DNA of 64,000 nt from a candidate division WOR-3 bacterium. Lineage in GTDB: Bacteria > Hydrothermota > Tepidihabitantia > Tepidihabitantales > Tepidihabitantaceae. Position 1 is the first letter of the stretch; each line of letters begins with the position of its first letter. The notes below the pieces were generated by a model. That model was not told the DNA's origin. It worked only from the letters and a program-made list of their open reading frames with translations, and searched no databases. Made by a program: the position numbers and the translations under genes. Location of the stretch: contig JABLXZ010000001.1 in the NCBI GenBank assembly GCA_013177935.1, forward strand, positions 35,794-99,793, written 5' to 3'. Below, one piece after another: positions 18,907-28,230 of this stretch.

Positions 18907-18957
18907 TGTTAATGTAATCGGGCAGGTGACGCCGGGGCATTTGGCTAATGGTACAGA

Positions 18958-19944
18958 TTAGAAGTAATTGACCTTCATCGCTTCACGCACCAGCGCCATT
19001 GTTTTTTCACCTTCCTCCCGGGCACGCTGGGTTCCTTTTAACAGGATGTCCCAGACCGTGTCCGGATGTTCTTCCATTTCACGGCGCCGGTGCTGGATTG
19101 GTTCTAAAAATTTGATGAGAAGTTCGGCAAGGCGCTTTTTGCAGGGGACACAGCCGATTTTACCCTGCCGGCAGAGTTCTTCAATATCAGGTGCCTCTTG
19201 TTTGTTAAATGTACTGTGATAGGCAAATACGACACAAACCTCGGGGTGGCCTTTGTCCTGAGGGTGAATTCGTGCCGGGTCGGTTACGGCCCGATTGACT
19301 TTCCGGGTAATCTCTTCAGGAGGGTCGGAGAGGTAAATCGCATTGCCCAAACTCTTTGACATCTTGGCGTTACCGTCGAGTCCGACAAGGCGGGGGTTCA
19401 AGATTGGCTCGGGTTCGATGAGGACCGGAGCGTAGATTGCGTTGAACTTGCGGACGATTTTACGGGTTAGTTCGATATGGGGTGCCTGGTCTTCGCCCAC
19501 GGGGACAAGATGCGCACGACAGAAAGTAATGTCTGCCGCCTGACTTACCGGATAGCCCAAAAAGCCATAGGGCATGGATTCTTCAAAATTGTACTGGGTG
19601 GCTTCAGTTTTAATTGTCGGGTTGTGAAAAAGTTGCTGGACGGTAACAAGATTAGCATAGATAATTGTCAATTCGGCAATTGCTGGAACCATTGACTGAA
19701 CAAAGATGGTCGCTTTGTTCGGGTCAACACCGCAGGCGATATTGTCCATTGCGACATTAAGGACATCTTCGCGTAATTTTTCCGGACGGTCAAAGTTGGT
19801 CGTCAGTGCCTGGATGTCGGCAATGATGATAAAGGTTTCATACTCATCCTGCAATTTGACCCGGTGGGCAACAGAACCAACATAATGACCGAGATGAAGT
19901 GGACCGGTGGGCCGGTCGCCTGTGAGAATGCGTTTTTTTTCCAT
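18958..19944 (-). CDS. trpS: Tryptophan--tRNA ligase, with a C-terminal four-Cys (putative Fe-S) motif
   Basis: 328 aa. TGDRPTGPLHLGHYVG (HIGH) and KMSKSLGN (KMSKS). Cys237-x20-Cys258-x6-Cys265-x2-Cys268. Confidence 0.92.
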   Translation of the reverse strand: MEKKRILTGDRPTGPLHLGHYVGSVAHRVKLQDEYETFIIIADIQALTTNFDRPEKLREDVLNVAMDNIACGVDPNKATIFVQSMVPAIAELTIIYANLVTVQQLFHNPTIKTEATQYNFEESMPYGFLGYPVSQAADITFCRAHLVPVGEDQAPHIELTRKIVRKFNAIYAPVLIEPEPILNPRLVGLDGNAKMSKSLGNAIYLSDPPEEITRKVNRAVTDPARIHPQDKGHPEVCVVFAYHSTFNKQEAPDIEELCRQGKIGCVPCKKRLAELLIKFLEPIQHRRREMEEHPDTVWDILLKGTQRAREEGEKTMALVREAMKVNYF

Positions 19945-20003
19945 TAATCCGATTATAAGAAATTAGATGTACTGGTCAAGCAAACGGTTGCCGTTTCCTT
20001 GGC

Positions 20004-20031
20004 TTGACATTAGACGAGAAACCGGTATAAG
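20004..20031 (+). promoter_or_regulatory. Sigma70-like promoter for the glycan gene block
   Basis: TTGACA (20004-20009), 16 nt, TATAAG (20026-20031). The annotated TTG start at 20040 is 8 nt downstream. Confidence 0.5.
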
Positions 20032-20039
20032 ATTTACCA

Positions 20040-21374
20040 TTGGCTGGCAAACAAATTTCGCACACCCAACGATGGGTTGGGTTGATTGTCTTTGGGGCGC
20101 TGGTTTTAAGATTGGTCGTGGCGGGATTTTACAAAAATCGACTTTCTCCGGGCGAAGCAGTAAAATACCCGGCTTCAGAATCGGAATATCTCCGCAAGGC
20201 ATATATCGAAATCGGTGATTCCCAGCAGTATCAGGAGCTGGGAAGAAACCTGCGCAACAAACTTTTTTTCTCCTGGGATGGTAAAACCGCGGTGACTTTT
20301 CGGACGCCGGGTTATCCGATTTTTCTTGCCCTGATAAACAACAACTCGATTTTGCTCTTCGTGTTTCAGTCGTTGTTAGGTGCACTGACGGTCCTTTTTC
20401 TTTTCTTGTTGGGCGATTTCTGGTTTAGCAGGCGGGTTGGTATGCTCGCAGCAATGTTAATGGCTTTTGACCTGCCGGCGATTGCTCACACCGGGATGGT
20501 GATGAGTGAAACGCTGTTTGTGTTTCTTGTGGTTCTTTCCTGCTGGCTTTTTTCGGTCGCCCAGCGCAGACCAGTGGCGGTTTTATTGACGATTAGTGGT
20601 GTTGTTTTTGGACTGGCGGCACTCACCCGACCGGTTGCGCTTTTTGCCTGGGTGCCTTTTATGGCGGTACTGGCATTAAAAGGTCGCTGGAAGGGTGGGT
20701 TACTCTTTTTTCTTGGTTTTGTCGTAATTTGTGGCGGATGGATGGTCAGGAACTACTGTCATTACCAGCGGCTGGGCTTTAGCTCCATTGGCGGTTACAA
20801 TTTGCTTTTCTACAATGCGGCAGCACTGGTTGCGGACCGCGAGGGGATACCATTTCAACAGGCGCGCGAAAAACTGGAGCGGGATTACGCGGTTAAACTT
20901 ACCGGTGACAATCCGCTTGATCTGTCGGCACAACTCGGGGCAATAGCGACCCGGATAATAATTTCCGACCCGCTACGTTATGCAAAGGTTTATCTGCAAG
21001 GGCTATTTAAAATCATCACGGGTGTTAAATCGGACGAAATCGTTTTCCGGATAACAGGGAGTGAGATAAGGTTGGCAACTTTTAAAAATATTTTGAAGGC
21101 GAGCGACCTGCCATTAACAAATAGAATCGTAACGGTCATCCTGGCGATTCTTGAGATGATATTTACCTTCGGCGCGGTACTTTTTTCACTTCTTGGAATA
21201 GTAAGACGTCGCGATTTACCGGTGATACTTTTTGCTGTTCTGGGCTGGTACTTTCTTCTTGCCGCAGCGCCCTTGCCCGACGGCAGGTTTAAAATCCCTG
21301 CCCTGCCATTTTTTTATCTGGTAGGTGGAGGTTTGATTTTCGCCCAAAGGGCGAGTGAAGGTGCTGGGAAATGA
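20040..21374 (+). CDS. GT39/GT83-like (ArnT/PMT family) polytopic membrane glycosyltransferase
   Basis: 444 aa, about 11 TM helices. N-terminal loop with RTPGYPIFLAL and the overall topology resemble ArnT/PMT_2 proteins. Start codon uncertain. Confidence 0.55.
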   Translation: MAGKQISHTQRWVGLIVFGALVLRLVVAGFYKNRLSPGEAVKYPASESEYLRKAYIEIGDSQQYQELGRNLRNKLFFSWDGKTAVTFRTPGYPIFLALINNNSILLFVFQSLLGALTVLFLFLLGDFWFSRRVGMLAAMLMAFDLPAIAHTGMVMSETLFVFLVVLSCWLFSVAQRRPVAVLLTISGVVFGLAALTRPVALFAWVPFMAVLALKGRWKGGLLFFLGFVVICGGWMVRNYCHYQRLGFSSIGGYNLLFYNAAALVADREGIPFQQAREKLERDYAVKLTGDNPLDLSAQLGAIATRIIISDPLRYAKVYLQGLFKIITGVKSDEIVFRITGSEIRLATFKNILKASDLPLTNRIVTVILAILEMIFTFGAVLFSLLGIVRRRDLPVILFAVLGWYFLLAAAPLPDGRFKIPALPFFYLVGGGLIFAQRASEGAGK

Positions 21375-21384
21375 GTGGTAAGAG

Positions 21385-22287
21385 ATGAAGGAAAAACCGC
21401 ACATTTCGCTGGTTTTCGTAAACTACAATTCAACCGCTTTTCTGGAAAGGGCGTTGTTGAGTCTGAAACAAGCCGAGCCTGAACTGGACAGAGAGGTCAT
21501 TGTGGTCGATAATTGCTCTTATGATAAAGAAGAGGTCAAGATTCTTTGCCGACGCTACTCCTGTCGGCTGGTGCTTTTAAGAAAGAACCGCGGTTATGGA
21601 GCAGCAGCAAATCGGGGGTTTTTTCATGCCCGCGGTGATTTTGTTGCGGTTGTCAATCCAGATATTGAGTTCACAACACAGGCGGTAAGTAAACTGGTGG
21701 CATTTATGACTGAGAATGAGCGTGCTGGTGTGGTTGGACCACAACTTTTATATCCGGACAGAACACCACAACCGTCTTCCCGGCGTTTGCCAAAATTACG
21801 TTATATTTTTGCCGGTCGCCGTTCACCGCTGGTGCGGTTATTTCCTCGCTATGCCCCAGCGCGGGAGTTTCTCTACACCGATGTCTGGCAGGAGACATCG
21901 CCGGTGGAGGTAGAAGCGGTTATCGGAACATTTATGCTATTTCGGCGCGCGGCCTATATTTCGGTGGGTGGTTTTGATGAATCTTATTTTATGTTTGCCG
22001 AGGACCTTGATATCTGTCAACGGATTAGAGAAAGGGGATGGAAGGTTTACTTAGACCCCAGAGTGAGGATAATCCATTACTACGGAGGTGTGCGGCGGCG
22101 CTGGCGTAGATTTACCGAATACCACCGGATTAAAGCCCTTTACCGGTTTTTTACCAAAAGGAAAGGTTGTTTGCCACGTATGGGTTACGCCGTGGCATTT
22201 GCGGGCTATCTATTTATTACAGAGGGGGCAGGAGTGGTGGGATTGGGTGAGTATGAGTACTCCTGGCGGCTTAAGGATAAACGATGA
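21385..22287 (+). CDS. Family 2 glycosyltransferase
   Basis: 300 aa. ISLVFVNYNS, VVDNCSYD, GYGAAANRG and FAEDLDICQR (GT2 DxD/ED motifs). Confidence 0.85.
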   Translation: MKEKPHISLVFVNYNSTAFLERALLSLKQAEPELDREVIVVDNCSYDKEEVKILCRRYSCRLVLLRKNRGYGAAANRGFFHARGDFVAVVNPDIEFTTQAVSKLVAFMTENERAGVVGPQLLYPDRTPQPSSRRLPKLRYIFAGRRSPLVRLFPRYAPAREFLYTDVWQETSPVEVEAVIGTFMLFRRAAYISVGGFDESYFMFAEDLDICQRIRERGWKVYLDPRVRIIHYYGGVRRRWRRFTEYHRIKALYRFFTKRKGCLPRMGYAVAFAGYLFITEGAGVVGLGEYEYSWRLKDKR

Positions 22288-23663
22288 GAAGGGTTAGAGG
22301 CATTCTTACCATTGCGGTACTAATCGTCGGTGATTTAGTTGCGATGCTGGTGAGCTTTGTTCTGGGTTACCTGATCAGGGCGTTGTTTTCCGGGAGCGGA
22401 CTATCAGGCGGAGTGGCGGCGGAGGCACTTTTCAGCCGGTTGTATTTTTTGTTGGTTTATCCGTTTGTTTTTGTTTACGAGGGTCTTTACACCAAGCGAT
22501 TGGCGGTCTGGGAAGAGAGAAGGCGTTGTTTCCGCGGTGTAATTGTCGCAAGCGCCCTGCTGACCATTCTATTGTTCATGGTACGGCTGTGGATTGTTTC
22601 GCGGTTTGTGGTACTGCTGGCAATGATACTGGGCATCGTGCTCGTTCCTTTAATCCGCACCGTGTTGAAACGGCTTCTGGTGCGGATAGGTTTTTTAAGC
22701 CAGCCACTGATAATTGTCGGGGACCGGCTTGCCGAAGAGATGTTTAAGCGTGAATTACAGGGTCATCAAACACTGGGTTATTCAATTGTGCAGCGGATTG
22801 GACGGGAAAATCAAAATGAGACGGTTGAGATGTTGCTGGAACGAATCAACCTTCCGAATGATGGATTGATGGTTGTTATGAGCCAATCTTTCTCACCCGA
22901 GGAACTTAAGGCGATTTTCCGCTACGCCGAAGAACATTGCGCGGAGTTAATGGTGGTGCCTGATGCCAGTTTACTTGCGACATCTGTCGCCGAGCTCGAA
23001 CAGGTTGGCAGTCTTTTGGTTTTGAAGTACCGTTACAATTTACTCCGGCCCTTGAACATCTGGACAAAACGGTTTTTTGAATTTGTCCTCGGGCTGGTAT
23101 TGGTCATTTTATTTTTCCCGCTCTTTCTGATTCTGGCACTTCTGGTTAAAGTTTCTTCACCCGGACCAGTACTTTTCCGTCAGAAACGCATCGGCAAGGA
23201 TGGAAAAGTTTTCGCCTGTTTTAAGTTTCGCACGATGTATCAGGATGCCGAAGTCAGACTTAAGGAGTTGCTGGAGAAAAATCCGGATAAGCGAGCAGAA
23301 TGGGAGCGGTATCTCAAAATCGTAAACGACCCCAGAATTACGCCCATCGGTAAGTTTCTGCGCCGGTTCAGCCTTGATGAACTGCCGCAACTGATAAATG
23401 TTTTGCGCGGGGAAATGGCAATTGTCGGTCCGCGGCCTTATCTTCCTGAAGAACTGAACCGGGTCGGTGATTACATCAAGACCATTGTGCGGGTTCGACC
23501 CGGGCTGACCGGTTTATGGCAGGTTTCAGGACGAGCAGAACTGCCACTTCAGGACCGGGTTTTGCTTGATGAGTTTTACATCCGCAACTGGTCGCTCTGG
23601 CTTGATTTTTCAATAATCATTCGGACAATCAAAGCGGTCATAACCGGTCGAGGGGCTTATTAA
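22284..23663 (+). CDS. Polyprenyl glycosylphosphotransferase (WbaP/EpsB-type initiating sugar transferase)
   Basis: 459 aa. N-terminal TM helices and C-terminal bacterial sugar transferase domain (PGPVLFRQKRIG, DELPQLINVLRGEMAIVGPRP, PGLTGLWQVSGR). Confidence 0.9.
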   Translation: MRRVRGILTIAVLIVGDLVAMLVSFVLGYLIRALFSGSGLSGGVAAEALFSRLYFLLVYPFVFVYEGLYTKRLAVWEERRRCFRGVIVASALLTILLFMVRLWIVSRFVVLLAMILGIVLVPLIRTVLKRLLVRIGFLSQPLIIVGDRLAEEMFKRELQGHQTLGYSIVQRIGRENQNETVEMLLERINLPNDGLMVVMSQSFSPEELKAIFRYAEEHCAELMVVPDASLLATSVAELEQVGSLLVLKYRYNLLRPLNIWTKRFFEFVLGLVLVILFFPLFLILALLVKVSSPGPVLFRQKRIGKDGKVFACFKFRTMYQDAEVRLKELLEKNPDKRAEWERYLKIVNDPRITPIGKFLRRFSLDELPQLINVLRGEMAIVGPRPYLPEELNRVGDYIKTIVRVRPGLTGLWQVSGRAELPLQDRVLLDEFYIRNWSLWLDFSIIIRTIKAVITGRGAY

Positions 23664-23763
23664 TCTCAAATAGTCAACCCAATACAGTTCTACCGGTTCC
23701 AATCGGCGGGTGGTTTTGAGCATTATTTGTTTCAGGATTTGGTCGGCTGGGCGATTTAATGTA

Positions 23764-23791
23764 TTGACTTAACCTGATGGTAAGATATTAT
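23764..23791 (+). promoter_or_regulatory. Sigma70-like promoter
   Basis: TTGACT (23764-23769), 16 nt, TATTAT (23786-23791). ATG 23806 is only 14 nt downstream. Confidence 0.5.
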
Positions 23792-23805
23792 CAACCTACC
23801 TTTCT

Positions 23806-25935
23806 ATGATATTGGCACTTGCGCTGCTTATTTTTAGTAACATTAGCGGCTGGCAGACCTTTACTCATCCTGATTATATTTTTGATATCTGGGGCGACGA
23901 TTCGACAGTTAATCTTGCTACAGCCGGTGGGGTGGTGGTGTTAGAAACACGGGTCGAGCCCCCGTTTGTTAAACGACGGTTTGTTCACACCGATGGGCTG
24001 GGGGTAAACCGTTGTCTTGCTATTACTAAAGACGATGCCGGTAATCTCTGGGTTGGGACCGATGGGGCGGGGTTAGTGGTGATTCCACTGGACTCCAGCC
24101 GGGCGTTGCCGTATCGAACCGCAGAACTGCCAATAAGAGTTCGTACGGTTACGGTTGAAAGCAAAAAAGTTTTAGTGGGTACTGAAGATGGGCTTTTTGT
24201 TATCGACACCAAAGGCACACCGCTTGATTTCACTGACGATGTAATCTGCCATTATCGCGTCAGTACGATTCGCGAATTGTTGAGTGACCGGGTCCTTGCC
24301 TTATTTGCTTTTGATGGAAAATACTGGGTTGGCACCAATCGCGGGGTTACCAGTGTTGATACCGGTTTAAGCAACTGGCGAGCCTATCCGCAACCATTGG
24401 GCGATTCGGTGCTGGCAATTGGAAATTTCCCGGATGGCAGAATAGTTCTGGGAACAGAAGCGGGTGTGGCGGTAGGTGATACGGGCGGGTTTAATCCGTT
24501 GTTACAATTTCCTTCGGCACGGACCGTAACCGATATCGCAGTTTATGGCTGGGATATATATCTGGCAGCGGGTGATACCCTGTTCAAGGTCGACACCGCC
24601 GGGGGTGCGCTATCGGTTCTCGTCAGTAAGCCAAGGGTGCTGTGGATTGGAGAAAAGTTGTGGGTCGGGTTAGGTGGTTCTGAGGATGCGGGCTGGGGGC
24701 TATGGTATCTCAAGAGCGGTTCATCGTGGCAGGGCGTTTATCTGGGCGGGCTTGCTTCAGGCTTTATCAGCGACTGTACATTCGGTAAGGATGGTAGTGT
24801 GTATTTAGGACACAATTCCAGCTGGTTTTCCCGGATTCTACCGGATGGTGGGATTCAGATTACCAGTTCTCCTTTGCCCTGGGTGGTGCAAATTCGGTGT
24901 GACAGTCGGGGAAGATTGTGGTTTTCGCACTTTTCTTATCAGGGCGGAGTGAGTGTTTATGACCCGGAGGCAGACACCTGGGGAGTTGTTCAATGGGGTA
25001 GTTCCAGTGCTCGCAATGTCATTCAGGCGTTTGGTCTTGACCGCCAGGACACGAAGTGGGTTTACAATATGGGAGGACTGGTTGTGGCAATCGATTCAAC
25101 CGGACGCCAGCAGGAGTTCAGTTTGCCCGAGTTAACACCGCCGCCCGACGGTTCTTACGAGTTTGCCTTTGACTCTCGGAATCGGGTCTGGCTGGGGTTA
25201 ACCAATGGGCTTGAAGAGCTCGATTACAATGGAACACTTTTTAACCCGGAAGACGATTTTCACACCCTTCATACTTCGGGTTTGCCTTCGCTCCAGGTGC
25301 GTTCAATTGCCGTGGACAATCAGGACCGGGTCTGGGTTGCGACACCGCAGGGTGGCGCGGTCTGGGACGGTAGCGGATTTAAGGTTTTTAACACCAGTAA
25401 TAGTCCGTTACTTTCGAACAACCTTTTCCGGGTCCGGGTTGATGGTGCGGGCCGGATATGGTTTCTATCGGACCAGGGTCTTTCGATTTTTGATGTTGCT
25501 TCAAGCCGCTGGACAAACTATACTGCCCAGAACAGTGGAATGATTCCTAATCCGCAGGGGCTGGCAAACTTTTACACCGCCCTTGACCTTGATGACAGTC
25601 GTGGTATCGCCGGCGTGGGTAGTGCCCGGGGTTTTTCGCTTTTCAGTTATGCCCCAGAGTTAGAGACGACGCTGGTCGGATTGAAAATTTACCCCAACCC
25701 CTGTATCCTCGGAGTCCATCAAGGAGTGGTTGTTGACGGTTTGCCGGCTGATGCGCGCGTTCAGGTTTTTTCCATTAGCGGCAATCCGGTGGCTGATTTG
25801 ACAATCAGTCCGGGGATGGGAAGGGCGGTATGGTATCCAAGGCGTGTTGCCAGCGGGCTTTACCTTTTGGTCGCGACCGCAGGAGGCAAAGTTCGGGTGG
25901 AAAAGGTGGCGTTGGTTGTTCCCGGCGGGAATTAG
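23806..25935 (+). CDS. Secreted two-component-regulator-propeller (Reg_prop)-like repeat protein with T9SS/FlgD-type C-terminal sorting domain
   Basis: 709 aa. Repeated G..W.GT..G blades (LWVGTDGAGLVV, YWVGTNRGV, VWLGLTNGL, VWVATPQGG, IWFLSDQGL). C-terminus LKIYPNPC...VQVFSISGNPVADL...SGLYLLV. Confidence 0.7.
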   Translation: MILALALLIFSNISGWQTFTHPDYIFDIWGDDSTVNLATAGGVVVLETRVEPPFVKRRFVHTDGLGVNRCLAITKDDAGNLWVGTDGAGLVVIPLDSSRALPYRTAELPIRVRTVTVESKKVLVGTEDGLFVIDTKGTPLDFTDDVICHYRVSTIRELLSDRVLALFAFDGKYWVGTNRGVTSVDTGLSNWRAYPQPLGDSVLAIGNFPDGRIVLGTEAGVAVGDTGGFNPLLQFPSARTVTDIAVYGWDIYLAAGDTLFKVDTAGGALSVLVSKPRVLWIGEKLWVGLGGSEDAGWGLWYLKSGSSWQGVYLGGLASGFISDCTFGKDGSVYLGHNSSWFSRILPDGGIQITSSPLPWVVQIRCDSRGRLWFSHFSYQGGVSVYDPEADTWGVVQWGSSSARNVIQAFGLDRQDTKWVYNMGGLVVAIDSTGRQQEFSLPELTPPPDGSYEFAFDSRNRVWLGLTNGLEELDYNGTLFNPEDDFHTLHTSGLPSLQVRSIAVDNQDRVWVATPQGGAVWDGSGFKVFNTSNSPLLSNNLFRVRVDGAGRIWFLSDQGLSIFDVASSRWTNYTAQNSGMIPNPQGLANFYTALDLDDSRGIAGVGSARGFSLFSYAPELETTLVGLKIYPNPCILGVHQGVVVDGLPADARVQVFSISGNPVADLTISPGMGRAVWYPRRVASGLYLLVATAGGKVRVEKVALVVPGGN

Positions 25936-25938
25936 AAA

Positions 25939-26106
25939 TTATCCTTTTGTTGTTCGGCGGGAAGCCGGGCGACGCGACTTGTTCTCCTGGACTCCGGAAT
26001 CTTCCATACAGGAGTCAAAATAGGGGCACTGGGTGCAGCAGTCGTCGTCGCTCGTTTTGCCTTTATTCCGGCAAATTTCATAACCGGGACAGGCACGACA
26101 ACACAT
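25939..26106 (-). CDS. Unannotated Cys-rich miniprotein (55 aa, 8 Cys)
   Basis: Below the ORF-track length cutoff. AGGAGG lies 8 nt before ATG 26106, directly after the speB stop. Translation: MCCRACPGYEICRNKGKTSDDDCCTQCPYFDSCMEDSGVQENKSRRPASRRTTKG. Confidence 0.55.
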   Translation of the reverse strand: MCCRACPGYEICRNKGKTSDDDCCTQCPYFDSCMEDSGVQENKSRRPASRRTTKG

Positions 26107-26121
26107 ACCGTCAATCCTCCT

Positions 26122-26949
26122 TTAATAAGAGAGTAACAGGATAAGTTCTCGGATAAGTTCGGCAACAACCGGTGCGGTTGCCGGTACCGCACTACTGCGC
26201 GGGCAATACTCAACGATGTCAGCGCCGATGATACGCATACCGACGAAACTGGCAAGGGACTGTGCCAGTTCGCGGTAAGAACAACCGCCGGGTTGGGGGG
26301 TTTGAACATCGGGCATAATACTCGGGTCTAGGACATCGATGTCAAGGGTGATGTAAACCGGTTTGTGCCCGATGGTGCGGCGAACTTCTTGACTCGGGCT
26401 CAAGGTTTCAAACGGGAACATATTGGGGAGCGTCATCTCTTCTGGTAAAACGAACGAGCGGATGCCGAGCTGAAATAAGTTGGCACGGGGCAGGAAGTCT
26501 AAAACCCGACGCATTGCGGTAGCGTGACAGAGGTGTTCGCCCAGAAACTCTTCGCGCAGGTCGGCGTGGGCGTCAAACTGAATTACACACAGGTCCGGAT
26601 AAATCTTTACCAGTTCGGAGATGATGACCGGTGTGATGGTGTGTTCGCCGCCCACTGCGAGCTGAACTTTTTTCTCCTGGTAACATTTCTGGGTGGTTGA
26701 CTTTATGAGGACAAATGGGGCATCCGGTGTTTCGTAGGTCAGGAAAATGTCGCCAGCATCGTAAACCCGGCACTGAGACAGGTCCCGTTTTTGATAGGGG
26801 CTGAACGATTCGATATTGGCGGTGCCAAGCCTTCCAATTTCGGGACCAAATCTGGTACCCGGGATAAAGGAACTCGTGCGGTCCAGCGGAATGCCGGTGA
26901 CGACCACCTGGGCTTCGGCAAATTCAGAATTGGCAAAGTATGACGCCAT
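26122..26949 (-). CDS. speB: Agmatinase (arginase/ureohydrolase family)
   Basis: 275 aa. GIPLDRTSSFIPGTRFGP, GGEHTIT, FDAHADLR and LDIDVLDPS are the Mn-binding motifs. Confidence 0.88.
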   Translation of the reverse strand: MASYFANSEFAEAQVVVTGIPLDRTSSFIPGTRFGPEIGRLGTANIESFSPYQKRDLSQCRVYDAGDIFLTYETPDAPFVLIKSTTQKCYQEKKVQLAVGGEHTITPVIISELVKIYPDLCVIQFDAHADLREEFLGEHLCHATAMRRVLDFLPRANLFQLGIRSFVLPEEMTLPNMFPFETLSPSQEVRRTIGHKPVYITLDIDVLDPSIMPDVQTPQPGGCSYRELAQSLASFVGMRIIGADIVEYCPRSSAVPATAPVVAELIRELILLLSY

Positions 26950-26981
26950 AAAGGCAAATTAGCATAAAGGAGTAAAAGGCG

Positions 26982-28106
26982 ATGTCAACAAAACCGTTTT
27001 GTGAAGCCGGGAGGAATTTGACAAAATTAAGCCCAGGGGTAACCTTGCTGACGGTGAAAGTTCTGATTGCCGCGGGTGAAAAATCGGGTTTTATCCTTGC
27101 CGGGTTGCTGCAGGCGGAATTCAAAAGGTTGGACCCGCAAACACAAGTTACGATATTTGACATCGCCCGCACGCTGGGCAGTACAATGGGGTTCTGGGAG
27201 GGGATGACAAAAATAAGCCGGCTGGCAAAAGTTTTGACGACGGCGTCAAGGACAATAAAACAGTTCGGTCCTGATGTGTTCGTTCCCATCTCATTTCCCG
27301 GGGTTAATATCATTTTGAGCCGAATCGTGCGAAAGCAGGGCATAAGGGTGGTCTATCTGGCACCACCTCAGTTCTGGGCCTGGGGCAAGTTTCGGGTAAA
27401 GATGCTGCCCCGCTGTGCGGATAGGTTTATATGCCTTTTTGCCTTTGAAGAGGAGATTTTGCGGCGTTTAAAGTTGAATGCCCATTACTTCGGCTATCCA
27501 TTGCTTGACGCCGTGGTGGCACGGCGGTCTGAATCCGAAACCATGGCGCTGCTGGGTTTTGCCGAAAAAACAAAGTACCTTGCCTTTTTACCCGGGTCCC
27601 GGATTAAAGAAATCAGGTTTCATCAGCCCCTGTTTATAAAACTATTTTGCCAGTTACAACACGACTACCCGGCATTAAAGGGTGTGATTATCGGTGGGGA
27701 GGAAATGCCATTGCCTGAGGGAATGGTGCGGGTTACGCCCGAAAACCGGTATGAGATAATACGCTATGCCCGAGCCGCGGTCGTGGTTTCGGGTACAGCA
27801 ACAGCGGAGACCGCGATTCTCGGAACACCGATGGTGGTCTGCTACCATTTTGACCAGCCCAGCCGTTTTTTTGCCCGAATGTTCGTGCGGCTTGAATACT
27901 TTTCAATTCCTAATCTCGTGTTAAAAGAGCGGGCGGTGCCCGAACTGTTTGAACCGGATTGGGCAAGCCTCAATAAGGTTGTAAGACGACTCTTAGAAGA
28001 TGAGGAGTATCGTGCAAAAATGATGCTCAAATTGGCACTGGTAAAGAAGTTATTGGGTCCACCCGGGGCAATGGCGCAGATTGCGCGCACTGTGTTGAAC
28101 TGTTGA
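26982..28106 (+). CDS. lpxB: Lipid-A-disaccharide synthase
   Basis: KVLIAAGEKSG, APPQFWAWGKFR, LPGSRIKEI and VSGTATAETAILGTPMVVCY motifs. The probable true start is GTG 27054 (VKVLIAAGE); the ORF-track start is 26982. Confidence 0.85.
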   Translation: MSTKPFCEAGRNLTKLSPGVTLLTVKVLIAAGEKSGFILAGLLQAEFKRLDPQTQVTIFDIARTLGSTMGFWEGMTKISRLAKVLTTASRTIKQFGPDVFVPISFPGVNIILSRIVRKQGIRVVYLAPPQFWAWGKFRVKMLPRCADRFICLFAFEEEILRRLKLNAHYFGYPLLDAVVARRSESETMALLGFAEKTKYLAFLPGSRIKEIRFHQPLFIKLFCQLQHDYPALKGVIIGGEEMPLPEGMVRVTPENRYEIIRYARAAVVVSGTATAETAILGTPMVVCYHFDQPSRFFARMFVRLEYFSIPNLVLKERAVPELFEPDWASLNKVVRRLLEDEEYRAKMMLKLALVKKLLGPPGAMAQIARTVLNC

Positions 28107-28128
28107 GTTTGCGTTTCCCCTGTTTATC

Positions 28129-28156
28129 TTGACCATTAAGGGCAATGAATTATAAT
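28129..28156 (+). promoter_or_regulatory. Sigma70-like promoter for fbp
   Basis: TTGACC (28129-28134), 16 nt, TATAAT (28151-28156). AAGGAGG lies before GTG 28231. Confidence 0.6.
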
Positions 28157-28230
28157 TTAACTTAAATGGTGTTAATCAGTAGAGTTGTTCACCGGAAGAG
28201 ACAATGGCAAAATTTTAAAAGGAGGAAAAT

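Noticed and set aside
25932-26309. A 125-aa minus-strand ORF overlaps the 3' end of speB.
   Set aside because: It overlaps speB in another frame, has no SD and has low-complexity content. The SD-preceded 55-aa Cys-rich ORF in a different frame explains the coding potential of 25939-26106.
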